Assembly (NCBI GenBank): GCA_041660165.1
Contig: JBAZWW010000002.1
Span: forward strand, 132,074 to 196,073
DNA length: 64,000 nucleotides
Direction of reading: 5' to 3'
Source: Patescibacteria group bacterium
GTDB lineage: Bacteria; Patescibacteriota; Patescibacteriia; UBA9934
The stretch's first letter is position 1. Each line of letters starts with the position of its first letter. The notes beneath the pieces are model-generated. The model saw only the letters and a program-made list of their open reading frames with translations. It ran no database searches and had not been told where the DNA came from. Positions 27,562 to 37,235 of the stretch are shown here, piece after piece. The position numbers and the translations under genes were made by a program.

Positions 27562-29283
27562 TTAGTATACCAGCGTTCCGCCAACGATGCTTGGGGAAGT
27601 AATGTATTGGCCGTCAATGTTCGTGACGCCGGTATCCGCATCTGTCCAGCGGATGGAGTCGTTATTTGTGGCGTTGGCTGTCAGCTCGTCTACAATTTCA
27701 AGACGTATTGTGTCATCTTGAGAACTGCTGGCGCCGGTGCTGTCAAACCAGACTGAGAGCGCCTTTGCCCCAGAAGATGAGGTAGGAATGGCTAAGAGAC
27801 CGCCAGTGGCTTGATTGAAGGTCACGATGGCATATGTAGCGATGCCTGGATTTGAAGCGTTACACGCTGTTCCGTCAGCGGACAGGATGCGCCAGTTGCT
27901 GGCATCGCCAAGAGCAGTGCCCGTACTGAAGTCACGAATTTGCCAGCGGTTTGCATCACCCCCAAAGTTACTGCAAGCGTTCCAGCCCCGGGCCTCATTG
28001 CTCGTGCTCATGAGGCGGAACATGATTTGCTGGAGCGCCACCGGACCGCCGGGAGCTGTCCAAATGTTAAACCTAAGGACCTCGCTCCGGCCTGGAACTG
28101 AGGCTCCGGATGGCGAGGCAGAGGAGAGCGAAAGATAGGGGCGAGTTTTTCTGAGGGTGAGCGTGTCTGCATGGATGCTTGCACCCATTGAGGACTCAGT
28201 GACAGTGTGTCCAGAGGTTTGAGCCACGGCCTTGAAGCCGTTAGCGGTGGTGAAATCAAGATCTAGTCCGAAGATCATGCCTGAGCGAGCCGAACCGGTT
28301 GCAGTAATTGGCGCGGTGTCTACAGCTACGTCGATAACAGCTTTGTTAGAGGCGCCGGCCGGTACATAGGCGTTAAGACCGGTGAATTTCGCGAGGTGAT
28401 TTGAGAGAGTGGCCGTTTTCACAACTTGCGCGCCAAGCTGGTCAAGGTATTTGATCTTGACTGTTTGCACGGCCGTATCATCGCCAGTGTTTTTGAGGGT
28501 GAGCGTCTGGATGATGAACGGTTCGTTCGTGGCGCTGAAGGCGTAGGAGACAGTGTTGACGAGCGGGGTGCCGGCCAGGGCGATGCCTGTGCCAGGGGTG
28601 GAGTAAGGACCGGCACTGAGCGTCCCTCCGTCCCGGACCGTCACCGCAATGTTAGGCGGGAAGTTGACGCCGGGATCATTTGGACCGCCAATATTGATGC
28701 GGTTTCCGGGAAGAATCGCTCCTCGATCAGTGTGTGCATCAACGCTAGCATCGGTTTTGATGGAGAAGGCGTAAATGTCTGCATTAGCGCCATCCGTTGG
28801 GACATTGGCAAAGGTGCACCAGAGCCTGAACGTTCGGGTGACATTGGCTGGAATTGTTTGGGCAAGATTGGTAAAGGAAATATTTCCCTGATTATCAGGA
28901 ATCTGGCCTTGGCCAACTAATGCGCCTTGGGCGTTGTTCAAGACGCAGGAGCTGAGATGGTCACCTGCGTTAATGTTATTTTCAATGCTCGAAAAAGTTC
29001 CGTCAGTATCGGCCGTGGCCGTGAACATCAGACGGTTAACGGTGACCGGTTTGTTCTGCGCCAGCAGACTGAAGCTAAGAACCTGTTCAAATGAACCAGC
29101 CACGGTGGAGTGCGAAGCTGGATTGGGCAACGCTTTAATGACCAGGACAGGTAGTGTATTCCTGGAAGCGATCAGAAACCCCGCCGCCGCCGCTAAACCA
29201 GCGAGAGCGACTATCCCGATGCCGATTTTAGTCGAGGTTTTTGTTTGAGTTTGTGTCTGTGTAGCCGTTGATAGGTTGTCCAT
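27562..29283 (-). CDS. Secreted surface protein, paralog 2 of 5
   Basis: N-terminus MDNLSTATQTQTQTKTSTKIGIGIVALAGLAAAAGFLIA; about 75% identity to paralog 1 over the central region. Confidence 0.8.
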   Translation of the reverse strand: MDNLSTATQTQTQTKTSTKIGIGIVALAGLAAAAGFLIASRNTLPVLVIKALPNPASHSTVAGSFEQVLSFSLLAQNKPVTVNRLMFTATADTDGTFSSIENNINAGDHLSSCVLNNAQGALVGQGQIPDNQGNISFTNLAQTIPANVTRTFRLWCTFANVPTDGANADIYAFSIKTDASVDAHTDRGAILPGNRINIGGPNDPGVNFPPNIAVTVRDGGTLSAGPYSTPGTGIALAGTPLVNTVSYAFSATNEPFIIQTLTLKNTGDDTAVQTVKIKYLDQLGAQVVKTATLSNHLAKFTGLNAYVPAGASNKAVIDVAVDTAPITATGSARSGMIFGLDLDFTTANGFKAVAQTSGHTVTESSMGASIHADTLTLRKTRPYLSLSSASPSGASVPGRSEVLRFNIWTAPGGPVALQQIMFRLMSTSNEARGWNACSNFGGDANRWQIRDFSTGTALGDASNWRILSADGTACNASNPGIATYAIVTFNQATGGLLAIPTSSSGAKALSVWFDSTGASSSQDDTIRLEIVDELTANATNNDSIRWTDADTGVTNIDGQYITSPSIVGGTLVY

Positions 29284-29291
29284 AGATTTTT

Positions 29292-31343
29292 TTAGAAGAC
29301 CAGCGTTCCGCCGTTCACGGTGAGGTAATGAACCAGGTACGCGCCCCAGTATTCCTGGTAGCTTGTGCCCACGCCAGGTGTACCGTCATCCTGCCAGAGA
29401 ACAGATCCTGGCAGACGAACCACGTTTTGGCCGGTGATAGGACGCAGAATGTTCGTACCCAAGTAGCCCCTGGCAAAACTGACATCATTCCCGTTGACCG
29501 CAGTGACGAGCGCCCTTTCCTCGGTGGCCTCGCACGTGGTGTTCGTGCCGGAGAAACAGGCAGTGTCTCCTACGGAGAAGCCGGCTCCTTTGGCCAGGGT
29601 GATGATGGAATCGTTTCTTGTTAGGCTGGCGTCGTTAATGGTTGATCCCGGAAGGAAGGTGCTGACGATGGGGTCAGCAACGATGTCAAAACGTACGGAG
29701 TCGTCGCTTGATGAGCTGGCGCCTGTAGAGTCAAAGTACAGCGCGTATGCGTACGATTGGCCTCTTGGAATGACCTGCGGAACGGGGAAGGCGATACCAG
29801 CAAAGCCAAGTGTTGCACCCGTGCTATCACAATTTGCTCCGGTGGTTTTGTAGAGCGTCCAGTTGTTATCAGCTGTATCAAGAGTTTGCGAAGTGCTCTC
29901 GAGCGTCAGGTTATAGAGGTCAAAATCGCTGGCGGTGGTGACGCCTGAGGTGGCGTCTGTATCGCAGTCATTCCAATGTGTTGTTGGGTAAGTGTTATCC
30001 GTTGAACTTATTTTGAACATCAGCTTTGAGAGCACGGCATCTTCATTTACCCCCGCGGTTACGCTGAAACGAATGACTTCGCCTCGGCCGACAACTGCAC
30101 TGCCCGAAGGAGAAGAGTTACTGAACGAAACGGTCGGTTTCGTTTCGCGAACCACGAAAGTAGAAATTTTGTCCGTGCTGAATGCGTCATCGCCAATAGG
30201 ATTCTGTGCCCTATCATCAAGCACCGTGCCGGATGTCATGCCGACAACTTTGAAATTGTCCTTATTGGCTTTATCTACGAATAATCCCATACGGACCTTC
30301 TCGTTTGAGGTCGCTAGTCCGCCTGAGTTGTGGTCGCTTGTTGGTACGTCGATAGATACGGTGACATCCTTGGGATAGCCCTCAGCTACGTACATGTCGA
30401 GTCCGCTAAACTTGGCTTCATTGCCGGACATGGCCGTGGTAGCTGAGCCGGTTGTGCCGTCAGCTTTTGGATATTGGATTTTGACAAGTGAAATATTGTT
30501 CGTGTAGGCATTTGAATCAGCTGTCCCCGTATCATCTTCTGCCTGTTCTTCAGAGAAGGTCAGCGTTTGAACGTTAAATGGTTCACGCGTTGCGGTGAAG
30601 CGGTATTTTGCCACTTCATTGTTAGCGCTTGGAGCCAGGAGAATATCAGCAATCGGCCAGTTCGGAGCGGATTCAATCGCCAGGTCCCCATGTTCAATAA
30701 CCGTCACATTCACTCGCCGGCCATTCAGATTGATGCCCGGATCACGCGGTCCGCCAAGGTGGATTCTTTGTTCAGGAATGGCCGTGCCGTTATTGACTTG
30801 TTCGGCGGTCACAGATCCGTTCCCTATGAGCTGGAGCGCAAACATGTCCGGGTTGCCATTGAGCGGGGCGGTGGCTGGGATGTCGCACTTCACAATGTAA
30901 GAATTGACGGAGTTTGTGCTTACCGCCAGGGCGACGTTGCCGAACGTCAGACGCTGTTGCGCATCAACTGGTGCCGGGCCGGCCATGAGCGTGGAACCGT
31001 TATAGAGGCTACAGCTGGTGACGAGCTCCGATAGGTGAAGATCGTTTTGGATAGTGGTAAATGATTTATCATCATCAGCTAGGCCGGTGAGGACAAGTTT
31101 TGTCACCATGATGTCCTTATTTTTTGCCGAGAGTAAAAAGTTCAGCACATTGGCTCCCCGTGCTCCGCCAACTGCCACTTGGCTTGGAACCGCAGATCCT
31201 AACTGGACACTCAGCACCGGCTCGCTGGTGGTTGCGATCAGAAATCCGGCCGCCGCGGCTAATCCGGCCAGAGCGATGACCCCGATGCCAACTTTGGTCG
31301 AGGTCTGTGTTTGCGTCTGCGTGGCTGTTGATATTTTTTTCAT
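29292..31343 (-). CDS. Secreted surface protein, paralog 3 of 5 (longest, 683 aa)
   Basis: N-terminus MKKISTATQTQTQTSTKVGIGVIALAGLAAAAGFLIA; C-terminus NGGTLVF. Confidence 0.8.
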   Translation of the reverse strand: MKKISTATQTQTQTSTKVGIGVIALAGLAAAAGFLIATTSEPVLSVQLGSAVPSQVAVGGARGANVLNFLLSAKNKDIMVTKLVLTGLADDDKSFTTIQNDLHLSELVTSCSLYNGSTLMAGPAPVDAQQRLTFGNVALAVSTNSVNSYIVKCDIPATAPLNGNPDMFALQLIGNGSVTAEQVNNGTAIPEQRIHLGGPRDPGINLNGRRVNVTVIEHGDLAIESAPNWPIADILLAPSANNEVAKYRFTATREPFNVQTLTFSEEQAEDDTGTADSNAYTNNISLVKIQYPKADGTTGSATTAMSGNEAKFSGLDMYVAEGYPKDVTVSIDVPTSDHNSGGLATSNEKVRMGLFVDKANKDNFKVVGMTSGTVLDDRAQNPIGDDAFSTDKISTFVVRETKPTVSFSNSSPSGSAVVGRGEVIRFSVTAGVNEDAVLSKLMFKISSTDNTYPTTHWNDCDTDATSGVTTASDFDLYNLTLESTSQTLDTADNNWTLYKTTGANCDSTGATLGFAGIAFPVPQVIPRGQSYAYALYFDSTGASSSSDDSVRFDIVADPIVSTFLPGSTINDASLTRNDSIITLAKGAGFSVGDTACFSGTNTTCEATEERALVTAVNGNDVSFARGYLGTNILRPITGQNVVRLPGSVLWQDDGTPGVGTSYQEYWGAYLVHYLTVNGGTLVF

Positions 31344-31350
31344 ATTTGTA

Positions 31351-33087
31351 TTAGAAGACCAGCGTCCCGCCGGTAAGGGGAAGCGTTTTTACGTTTAGAC
31401 TGTTGGCATTGCACTGGAGACCGGCGTCACACCAGATGAGGTCAAGCGAGCTGTAGTTGGCCGGGGAGTAGGGGATACTCGCGCTTACGGAGTCTCCTGG
31501 TTTTGCTCCTGCGGTGTCCAGCATGAGCGAATAGGTGTGGGTAGTCCCGGCGCTGACAAGGAACTCGCTATGGAGCGAAGAATCCAGGAAATTTACGTTG
31601 ATGGTGTCTACCACGGCGTTATTATCGTATCCGCAATGGTGTATTCCATCAGGCGTCATACCAAAGAGCTCCGTGGTGAAGGTGTGCCCGGTTGTGAGAT
31701 CAGTGACCGTGGCTGGCCGTCCGTTGGTGGTGAACGGTCCGCACGAATTCCATCCGCTGTTCGTGGTGTCTGTTGAGTGGATGTTGAACCTGAGATTAGT
31801 AACCGTAACATCTCCCGTTGGCGCCGCCGAAACATTAAAGCGCAGAATTTCGCTATAGCCATGGGCATCTGGTCGAGCCGGTCCAGAGGGCGAGGCGGAG
31901 CTCAGTGTAATCGTCGGGCGAGTTTTGCGCAGGATGAAGGTTCCGCTTGGTTGAAAATTACTCATGCTCGATTCCGTGACGGTAAACCCGCTCGTGGCGG
32001 CCACCGCTTGGAAGCTTCCGGGGGCAGTAAAATCCATCGTTATGCCCAATTGTCTGCCGGAATCATATGGCGTAATGACTGGCGGGGTATCAACGCCCAC
32101 GTCAATCCTGGCCGCGTTGGCTGCTCCGGTGGGCACGTACATGTCTAGGTTTGAAAACTGGAGAAAGTGGTTTGAGAACGTGCCTGTTTTTGTGACCGCG
32201 ATTCCTGATTGATTGTTATAGGTGAGGGATACAAGCTTGATAGCTGCGTCATCCCCCCAATTCTTCAGCGTGAGTTTTTTGACGGTGAAGGTCTCATTTA
32301 CGGCGGTGAGTGAAAAATCGGCCACTCGGTTATTGTTCGTGTTGCCAATGATAATATCCCCGACTGGGGAGAAGCGGTAATCGTTATCTGCGCTCAGTTT
32401 TCCGTGATCGCGGACGGTGACGGTGGTCGGACCCACAAAATTATGAAGAATATTCACGCCGGTGTCCTGTTCATTCCCAACATAAATCCGACTGCCGGGT
32501 AGGGAATTTCCTTGAGGACCAAGCGCAGTGACATAGCTTGGATCGCCAATGAGTGCAAGGGCCATGATGTATTTACCGGTGGCAGAAGAATTTGCCAGAT
32601 CACAGGAGACGGTGAATGGAGTGACGGAATTTGCCGGGAGTGAAAATCTATCACTGAAGGTGAGTATATTTCCATTTGAAATGACGGGCGCCGGGCCAGC
32701 CCAAACGGCTCCTGTACTATTATTCTTGAGGACGCATGAGGTGACAAGATCGCCCCCCGAGAGGTCATTCTCTATAGTGGCAAAATTGCCATCACTGTCA
32801 AAGAAGGCCGCGAAGGATAGTTTTTGTACGGTGATACTGGCATTTTTTGCTTGAAGCTTTATGCCAAGGATGGGCTCATTTTGTGCACCCATGATTGCGC
32901 TGTGGGCCGTGGGTTCAGGAGCGCTAGTCATGATGAGAAGCGGGTGTAGTATGGAAATCGGCCGTTTTTCTGACGCTATGACAAACCCCGCGGCCGCCGC
33001 TAGTCCGGCCAGGCCAAGGAGGGCAAGGCCGACTTTGGTTGAAGTCTGCGTTTGGGTTTTGACGGTCGTGGCTGACGAAGTTTTCAT
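31351..33087 (-). CDS. Secreted surface protein, paralog 4 of 5
   Basis: Start placed at the internal Met giving MKTSSATTVKTQTQTSTKVGLALLGLAGLAAAAGFVIA; the ORF track extends to 33180. Confidence 0.75.
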   Translation of the reverse strand: MKTSSATTVKTQTQTSTKVGLALLGLAGLAAAAGFVIASEKRPISILHPLLIMTSAPEPTAHSAIMGAQNEPILGIKLQAKNASITVQKLSFAAFFDSDGNFATIENDLSGGDLVTSCVLKNNSTGAVWAGPAPVISNGNILTFSDRFSLPANSVTPFTVSCDLANSSATGKYIMALALIGDPSYVTALGPQGNSLPGSRIYVGNEQDTGVNILHNFVGPTTVTVRDHGKLSADNDYRFSPVGDIIIGNTNNNRVADFSLTAVNETFTVKKLTLKNWGDDAAIKLVSLTYNNQSGIAVTKTGTFSNHFLQFSNLDMYVPTGAANAARIDVGVDTPPVITPYDSGRQLGITMDFTAPGSFQAVAATSGFTVTESSMSNFQPSGTFILRKTRPTITLSSASPSGPARPDAHGYSEILRFNVSAAPTGDVTVTNLRFNIHSTDTTNSGWNSCGPFTTNGRPATVTDLTTGHTFTTELFGMTPDGIHHCGYDNNAVVDTINVNFLDSSLHSEFLVSAGTTHTYSLMLDTAGAKPGDSVSASIPYSPANYSSLDLIWCDAGLQCNANSLNVKTLPLTGGTLVF

Positions 33088-33092
33088 AGATT

Positions 33093-34823
33093 TTAGAAGA
33101 CCAGCGTTCCGCCAGTGACAGGAACCGCGTACACGCCGGCGCCGTCCAGGAGGTCTTGGCCGTGAAGTGTTTCGCGCCACTGCAGGTTATGCAGAAGAGG
33201 GGAGAGATTGGCGGGGTCGGTCGGGATGCTGACGGAAATCTTGTCATCGAGTGACGAGCTGGCGCCCGTGGTGTCCACCGTCAGTGAGAAAGTGTGTGTT
33301 GTGCCTGCGGGAATGTTGTTATTAAGCAAGTTAACCAGGGCATAGACAACTGGGTCTTGTTGCCTATCATCTGGCCCGCAGCGTGTTCCGGAGTTGTCCG
33401 CTATGTACCAAGATAAAGCATTAGTTTCGACGTTTCCTGACGTTATGTCCTTAAGCTCCCACTTGGAAACATCGCCAAGTTTGTTGCCGTACGTTCCGCC
33501 CCCGCAACTTGCCCAATAGTTATTTGCATTATCGGTCGCGTTAATTTTGAACGTAAATTGCGACATGCTCACATCTCCGCCTGGATCAGCCGCTACGTTG
33601 AATCGTAATACCTCCTCGCGTCCAGGAATTGAAGCGCCAGATGGTGAGCTGGTGCTGAGAGAGACGGTGGGTTTGGTTTTGTAAAGCTTGAAGGGATTCC
33701 CGTAAAGGCTGGAGCCCATGCCTGCTTCAGTTTGCGTGTGACCAGATGTGTTGGCGACTGCGCTGAAACTTCCGGGTGTGGCAAAATCAAGCGAGGCTTC
33801 AATGGTCATGCCTGAGGTGGCACCGGTCGTGGCGTTGATGGCCGGGGCGCTGACGGAGACGTCGAGTAGCTGGGCATTAGCGGCGCCGGCTTGAATTGGC
33901 ATGGCCATGCCGGTGAATCTAGCGACGCCATTTACAAACGCCATGGAGTTTGTGCCAAGAGTTCCATCAGGGTATCTGTAGGAAAGGTAGGCGTACGCCA
34001 CGGCTTGCGCTTGGCCTGCTTGTTTGATGGTAAGTGTCCGAACGGTGTAATCCTCATTTGTGCTTGAAAGAGTGAATGAAGCAACTTTGGTTGGCCTGGT
34101 TTGATCACCGGCTACCACAATGCCAATCCACGGCGAGGTGGCGCTCATTCCTGCGCTCAGCACGCCGTAATCTTTTACGGTAACCGTGGTGGCGAGTGCG
34201 GTGTTCACGCCCGGGTCTGTTTGCCCGCCAAGGTAAATTCGACTGCCGGGAATGGAATTTCCTTGAGGACCAACCGCGGTAACATCAGCATCATTTTTGA
34301 GCGAAAAGGCGTAGATGTCTGGCGAGCTGCCGTCAGGATAGGCATCGGAAAAAGTACAACGAAGACGCATGGTTTTTCCGCTATTTGCTGGAATGTTGAG
34401 GCCAAGATTGGTAAAAGTGACGCGTCCGGAACTATCGATAATTTGTCCTTGGCCAATGAGATGGCTTGACGCGTCGTATATTCCGCACAGCGAGATGTGG
34501 TCAGCGGGGGATACGTTGTTCTCCACGCTTGCAAACGTTCCGTCAGTATCGCTAGTTGCGGTGAACACAAGGCGGTTAACCTTCATGGCGATATTTTGTG
34601 CCTGGAGCGTGAAGCCAAGAACGGGATCGAGTTCTGTTCCGCTCGTGATGACATGGGACGCAGGCTGAGGCGTCATTCTGATGATTAGCGTTGGCTGAGC
34701 GGCGGAGGCGATCACAAATCCTGCAGCCGCTGCCAGGCCGGCCAGGCCAAGGAGAGCCACGCCGACTTTGGTTGAAGTTTGCGTTTGGGTTGTTGTTTGA
34801 ACCGCTGTTGATGTTGGTTTCAT
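33093..34823 (-). CDS. Secreted surface protein, paralog 5 of 5
   Basis: N-terminus MKPTSTAVQTTTQTQTSTKVGVALLGLAGLAAAAGFVIA; C-terminus TGGTLVF. Confidence 0.8.
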   Translation of the reverse strand: MKPTSTAVQTTTQTQTSTKVGVALLGLAGLAAAAGFVIASAAQPTLIIRMTPQPASHVITSGTELDPVLGFTLQAQNIAMKVNRLVFTATSDTDGTFASVENNVSPADHISLCGIYDASSHLIGQGQIIDSSGRVTFTNLGLNIPANSGKTMRLRCTFSDAYPDGSSPDIYAFSLKNDADVTAVGPQGNSIPGSRIYLGGQTDPGVNTALATTVTVKDYGVLSAGMSATSPWIGIVVAGDQTRPTKVASFTLSSTNEDYTVRTLTIKQAGQAQAVAYAYLSYRYPDGTLGTNSMAFVNGVARFTGMAMPIQAGAANAQLLDVSVSAPAINATTGATSGMTIEASLDFATPGSFSAVANTSGHTQTEAGMGSSLYGNPFKLYKTKPTVSLSTSSPSGASIPGREEVLRFNVAADPGGDVSMSQFTFKINATDNANNYWASCGGGTYGNKLGDVSKWELKDITSGNVETNALSWYIADNSGTRCGPDDRQQDPVVYALVNLLNNNIPAGTTHTFSLTVDTTGASSSLDDKISVSIPTDPANLSPLLHNLQWRETLHGQDLLDGAGVYAVPVTGGTLVF

Positions 34824-34826
34824 AGG

Positions 34827-35822
34827 TTAGGTTTTGGCTGTTCTATTTTTGGCGGCTTCCGTGTGTGCTCGCCACTGGTTGACTACGTCCTCAACGTCTT
34901 CTTTTTGCACGGCGGGATGTTTTGTCTGTTTAGCCGCTCCGTGGACCAGACCTAAGTGTTTGCCGTGGTGTTTGTCCGAGTACTCGATAGAAACTTTGGC
35001 CGCTGCTTCATCTATCAGGTCAATCGCTTTGTCCGGCAGGAACCGCCCGCGAATATACTTGTCAGAGAGCCTGACGGCTTCTTTTAACACCTCGTCAGGA
35101 ATCGTCACCTTGTGAAACGCCTCATACTCCGGCCTGAGCGTTTGCAGCATTCGTACCGCCTGTTCAGGCTTTGGCTCATCCACGAGTACTGGTTGGAAGC
35201 GTCTGTCGAGGGCCGCATCAGTCTTGATGTACTTGGCGTACTCGTCCCAGGTGGTGGCCCCAATAATATGCAAATCGCCCCTGGCTAGGGCGGGTTTGAA
35301 GATATCCGTGACGTTCAGTGCTCCTTCCGTTCCGCTGGCCTGGACGATCATGTGAACCTCGTCAATAAACAAAATAGTTTCGCGGGATTCTTTTTCCAGC
35401 TCGGCCAAAAAGTCCTGCAGGCGTTTTTCAAGTTCTCCCCGGAACTTCGTTTCGCCGAGTACAGCTGCCAGATTAAGCGCATAGAGCGACTTATCTCTGA
35501 GCGAATCCGGCACGTTGCCATCAGCTATGCGTTGGGCGAGTCCGTGAACAATGGCCGTTTTGCCTACGCCAGGCTCGCCAATCAAGAGGGGATTGTTCTT
35601 TGATCGGCGCATCAAAATATGAATAGTCCGGTCAACTTCCGGTTCCCGTTCGCTAAAAGGATCAAGTTTTTTGTCTTTTGCCTGCTTTACTAAATCTGTA
35701 AAATAATCCTGCTTACGGCTTTTTTTGCCGGCAGTCTTGGGTTGATATTTATTCTGATAAATAATACTGCCTCCGATGATCGCTAAAACCATCGCTATGC
35801 CCCAGAGGACATTTGGATTCAT
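34827..35822 (-). CDS. Membrane-anchored AAA+ ATPase homologous to the D1 nucleotide-binding domain of ClpB/ClpC only (no N-domain, no D2)
   Basis: N-terminal TM helix [15 protein letters not shown], Walker [12 protein letters not shown], Walker B ILFIDEVH, arginine-finger region [11 protein letters not shown]. Its stop lies 3 nt from the ATG of paralog 5. Confidence 0.7.
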   Translation of the reverse strand: MNPNVLWGIAMVLAIIGGSIIYQNKYQPKTAGKKSRKQDYFTDLVKQAKDKKLDPFSEREPEVDRTIHILMRRSKNNPLLIGEPGVGKTAIVHGLAQRIADGNVPDSLRDKSLYALNLAAVLGETKFRGELEKRLQDFLAELEKESRETILFIDEVHMIVQASGTEGALNVTDIFKPALARGDLHIIGATTWDEYAKYIKTDAALDRRFQPVLVDEPKPEQAVRMLQTLRPEYEAFHKVTIPDEVLKEAVRLSDKYIRGRFLPDKAIDLIDEAAAKVSIEYSDKHHGKHLGLVHGAAKQTKHPAVQKEDVEDVVNQWRAHTEAAKNRTAKT

Positions 35823-35870
35823 AAGCCAAGTTATTCCTGGCTATTATAACATCAAAAAATGCCCGCCTAG

Positions 35871-37232
35871 CTACTTTCCTAGCTCCTTTACATGTTTTGT
35901 ATTCTTGGGCGTCAACGATGCGGGCATGCCGAGTCTTTCGGCCTCCTTTAGGCGCCTCTCTAGGAAGGGGACTGAGCGGACTTCACCGCCCAAACCAAGC
36001 TCGCCAAGGATAATCATATCGGCAGGGAAGGTCTTTTCGTTGATCGCCGAAATGATGGCTGCGGCCACCGCTAGGTCAGCGGCGTGCTCGTCAATTTTTA
36101 TTCCGCCGACTACGTTCACATACACATCTTGATCATACACTTTGATGCCGGCGCGTTTAGAGATGATCGCGAGCAACATTTGGAGTCTCGACGCATCATA
36201 ACCGCTGGTTCGGCGAACAGGATTCGGGAAGAAGCTCTTGTCCACGAGCGCTTGGATTTCGACCAGGAATGGTCTCGAACCCGCCATGATACACGTCACG
36301 ACCGAGCCCGGCCCCGGCACCCGTTCTTTCAGAAACCTCGCCGAGGGATTTTCAACGGCGATCAGGCCCTTTTCAGTCATTTCGAAAACTCCGATCTCCT
36401 CGGTGCTCCCGAACCGGTGTTTTTCTGCTCGTAGAATTCTATAGGCCGAGTCTGGATCGCCTTCGAGTGTGAGCACGGTATCGACTAAGTGTTCGAGCGT
36501 TTTCGGTCCGGCGATAGATCCTTCCTTGGTTACTTGGCCGATAATAAGCACAGGAATCCCCGTCGATTTCGCAAATCCTATTAGTTCGGTGGTGGCCGCT
36601 CGCACGGCCGTTGGTGTCCCCGGGAACGAATCAGCCTCGGCCACCATCATCGTCTGGATTGAATCTACAATAACGATACTCGGTTTCTCTGCCTTGGCCG
36701 CTGCCACAATCGCGCCCACGTCAACCGCGTTCGAGAATAGAATGGTCGAAGGATTTATGCCGAGTCTCTCAAAGCGCATCCGTACCTGTCCCTCAGATTC
36801 CTCGCCGGAGGCGTAGTAGGACGTCACCATCCTGAGCGAGAGCGAAGGATCCGACTTTCTCTTGTGAGGGTCGGACCCCTCGGTTGCAACCTCGGGGCGG
36901 GAGGGGATCGAAGTGAAGGATGTTGCGATCTGTGCTACGAGCGTCGATTTTCCAATTCCAGGCTCGCCAGCCAGCAAGGTCACTGAGCCTGGCACAATGC
37001 CTCCGCCAAGCACTCGATCAAGTTCGGATAATCCTGTAGAAACAGGGGAGACCATGGCCCCTGTTGCGTCGCCTAGTTTGAGGGTTTGTGCGGGTTTGCT
37101 CGACGATGTTTTTTTGGATAACGAAGACAGCGCCGTGGCGCCGTCCTCCGAAAGCGTGCCCCATTTCCCGCATTCCAGGCAACGGCCGGACCATCTCAGG
37201 ACTTGCGTGTCGCAGTGTGAACAGCTGAACAT
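35871..37232 (-). CDS. radA: DNA repair protein RadA/Sms
   Basis: N-terminal C4 zinc finger CSHC...CLEC, Walker A GEPGIGKST, and a Lon-like C-terminal domain. It carries an extra ~26 aa between the Walker A helix and the GEES motif. Confidence 0.9.
   Translation of the reverse strand: MFSCSHCDTQVLRWSGRCLECGKWGTLSEDGATALSSLSKKTSSSKPAQTLKLGDATGAMVSPVSTGLSELDRVLGGGIVPGSVTLLAGEPGIGKSTLVAQIATSFTSIPSRPEVATEGSDPHKRKSDPSLSLRMVTSYYASGEESEGQVRMRFERLGINPSTILFSNAVDVGAIVAAAKAEKPSIVIVDSIQTMMVAEADSFPGTPTAVRAATTELIGFAKSTGIPVLIIGQVTKEGSIAGPKTLEHLVDTVLTLEGDPDSAYRILRAEKHRFGSTEEIGVFEMTEKGLIAVENPSARFLKERVPGPGSVVTCIMAGSRPFLVEIQALVDKSFFPNPVRRTSGYDASRLQMLLAIISKRAGIKVYDQDVYVNVVGGIKIDEHAADLAVAAAIISAINEKTFPADMIILGELGLGGEVRSVPFLERRLKEAERLGMPASLTPKNTKHVKELGK
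36828..36905. repeat. Copy C of the palindromic repeat family, inserted in frame inside radA
   Basis: ATCCTGAGCGAGAGCGAAGGATCCGAC...GTCGGACCCCTCGG matches the intergenic copies at 43880 and 49091. Its right end has diverged. Confidence 0.6.
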
Positions 37233-37235
37233 AAT

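Noticed and set aside
25865-34688. Numerous 60-190-aa plus-strand ORFs in the ORF track inside the surface-protein paralog array
   Set aside because: All are antisense to long, internally consistent minus-strand genes whose N- and C-termini are conserved across the five paralogs. They are artefacts of GC-rich, codon-biased coding sequence.
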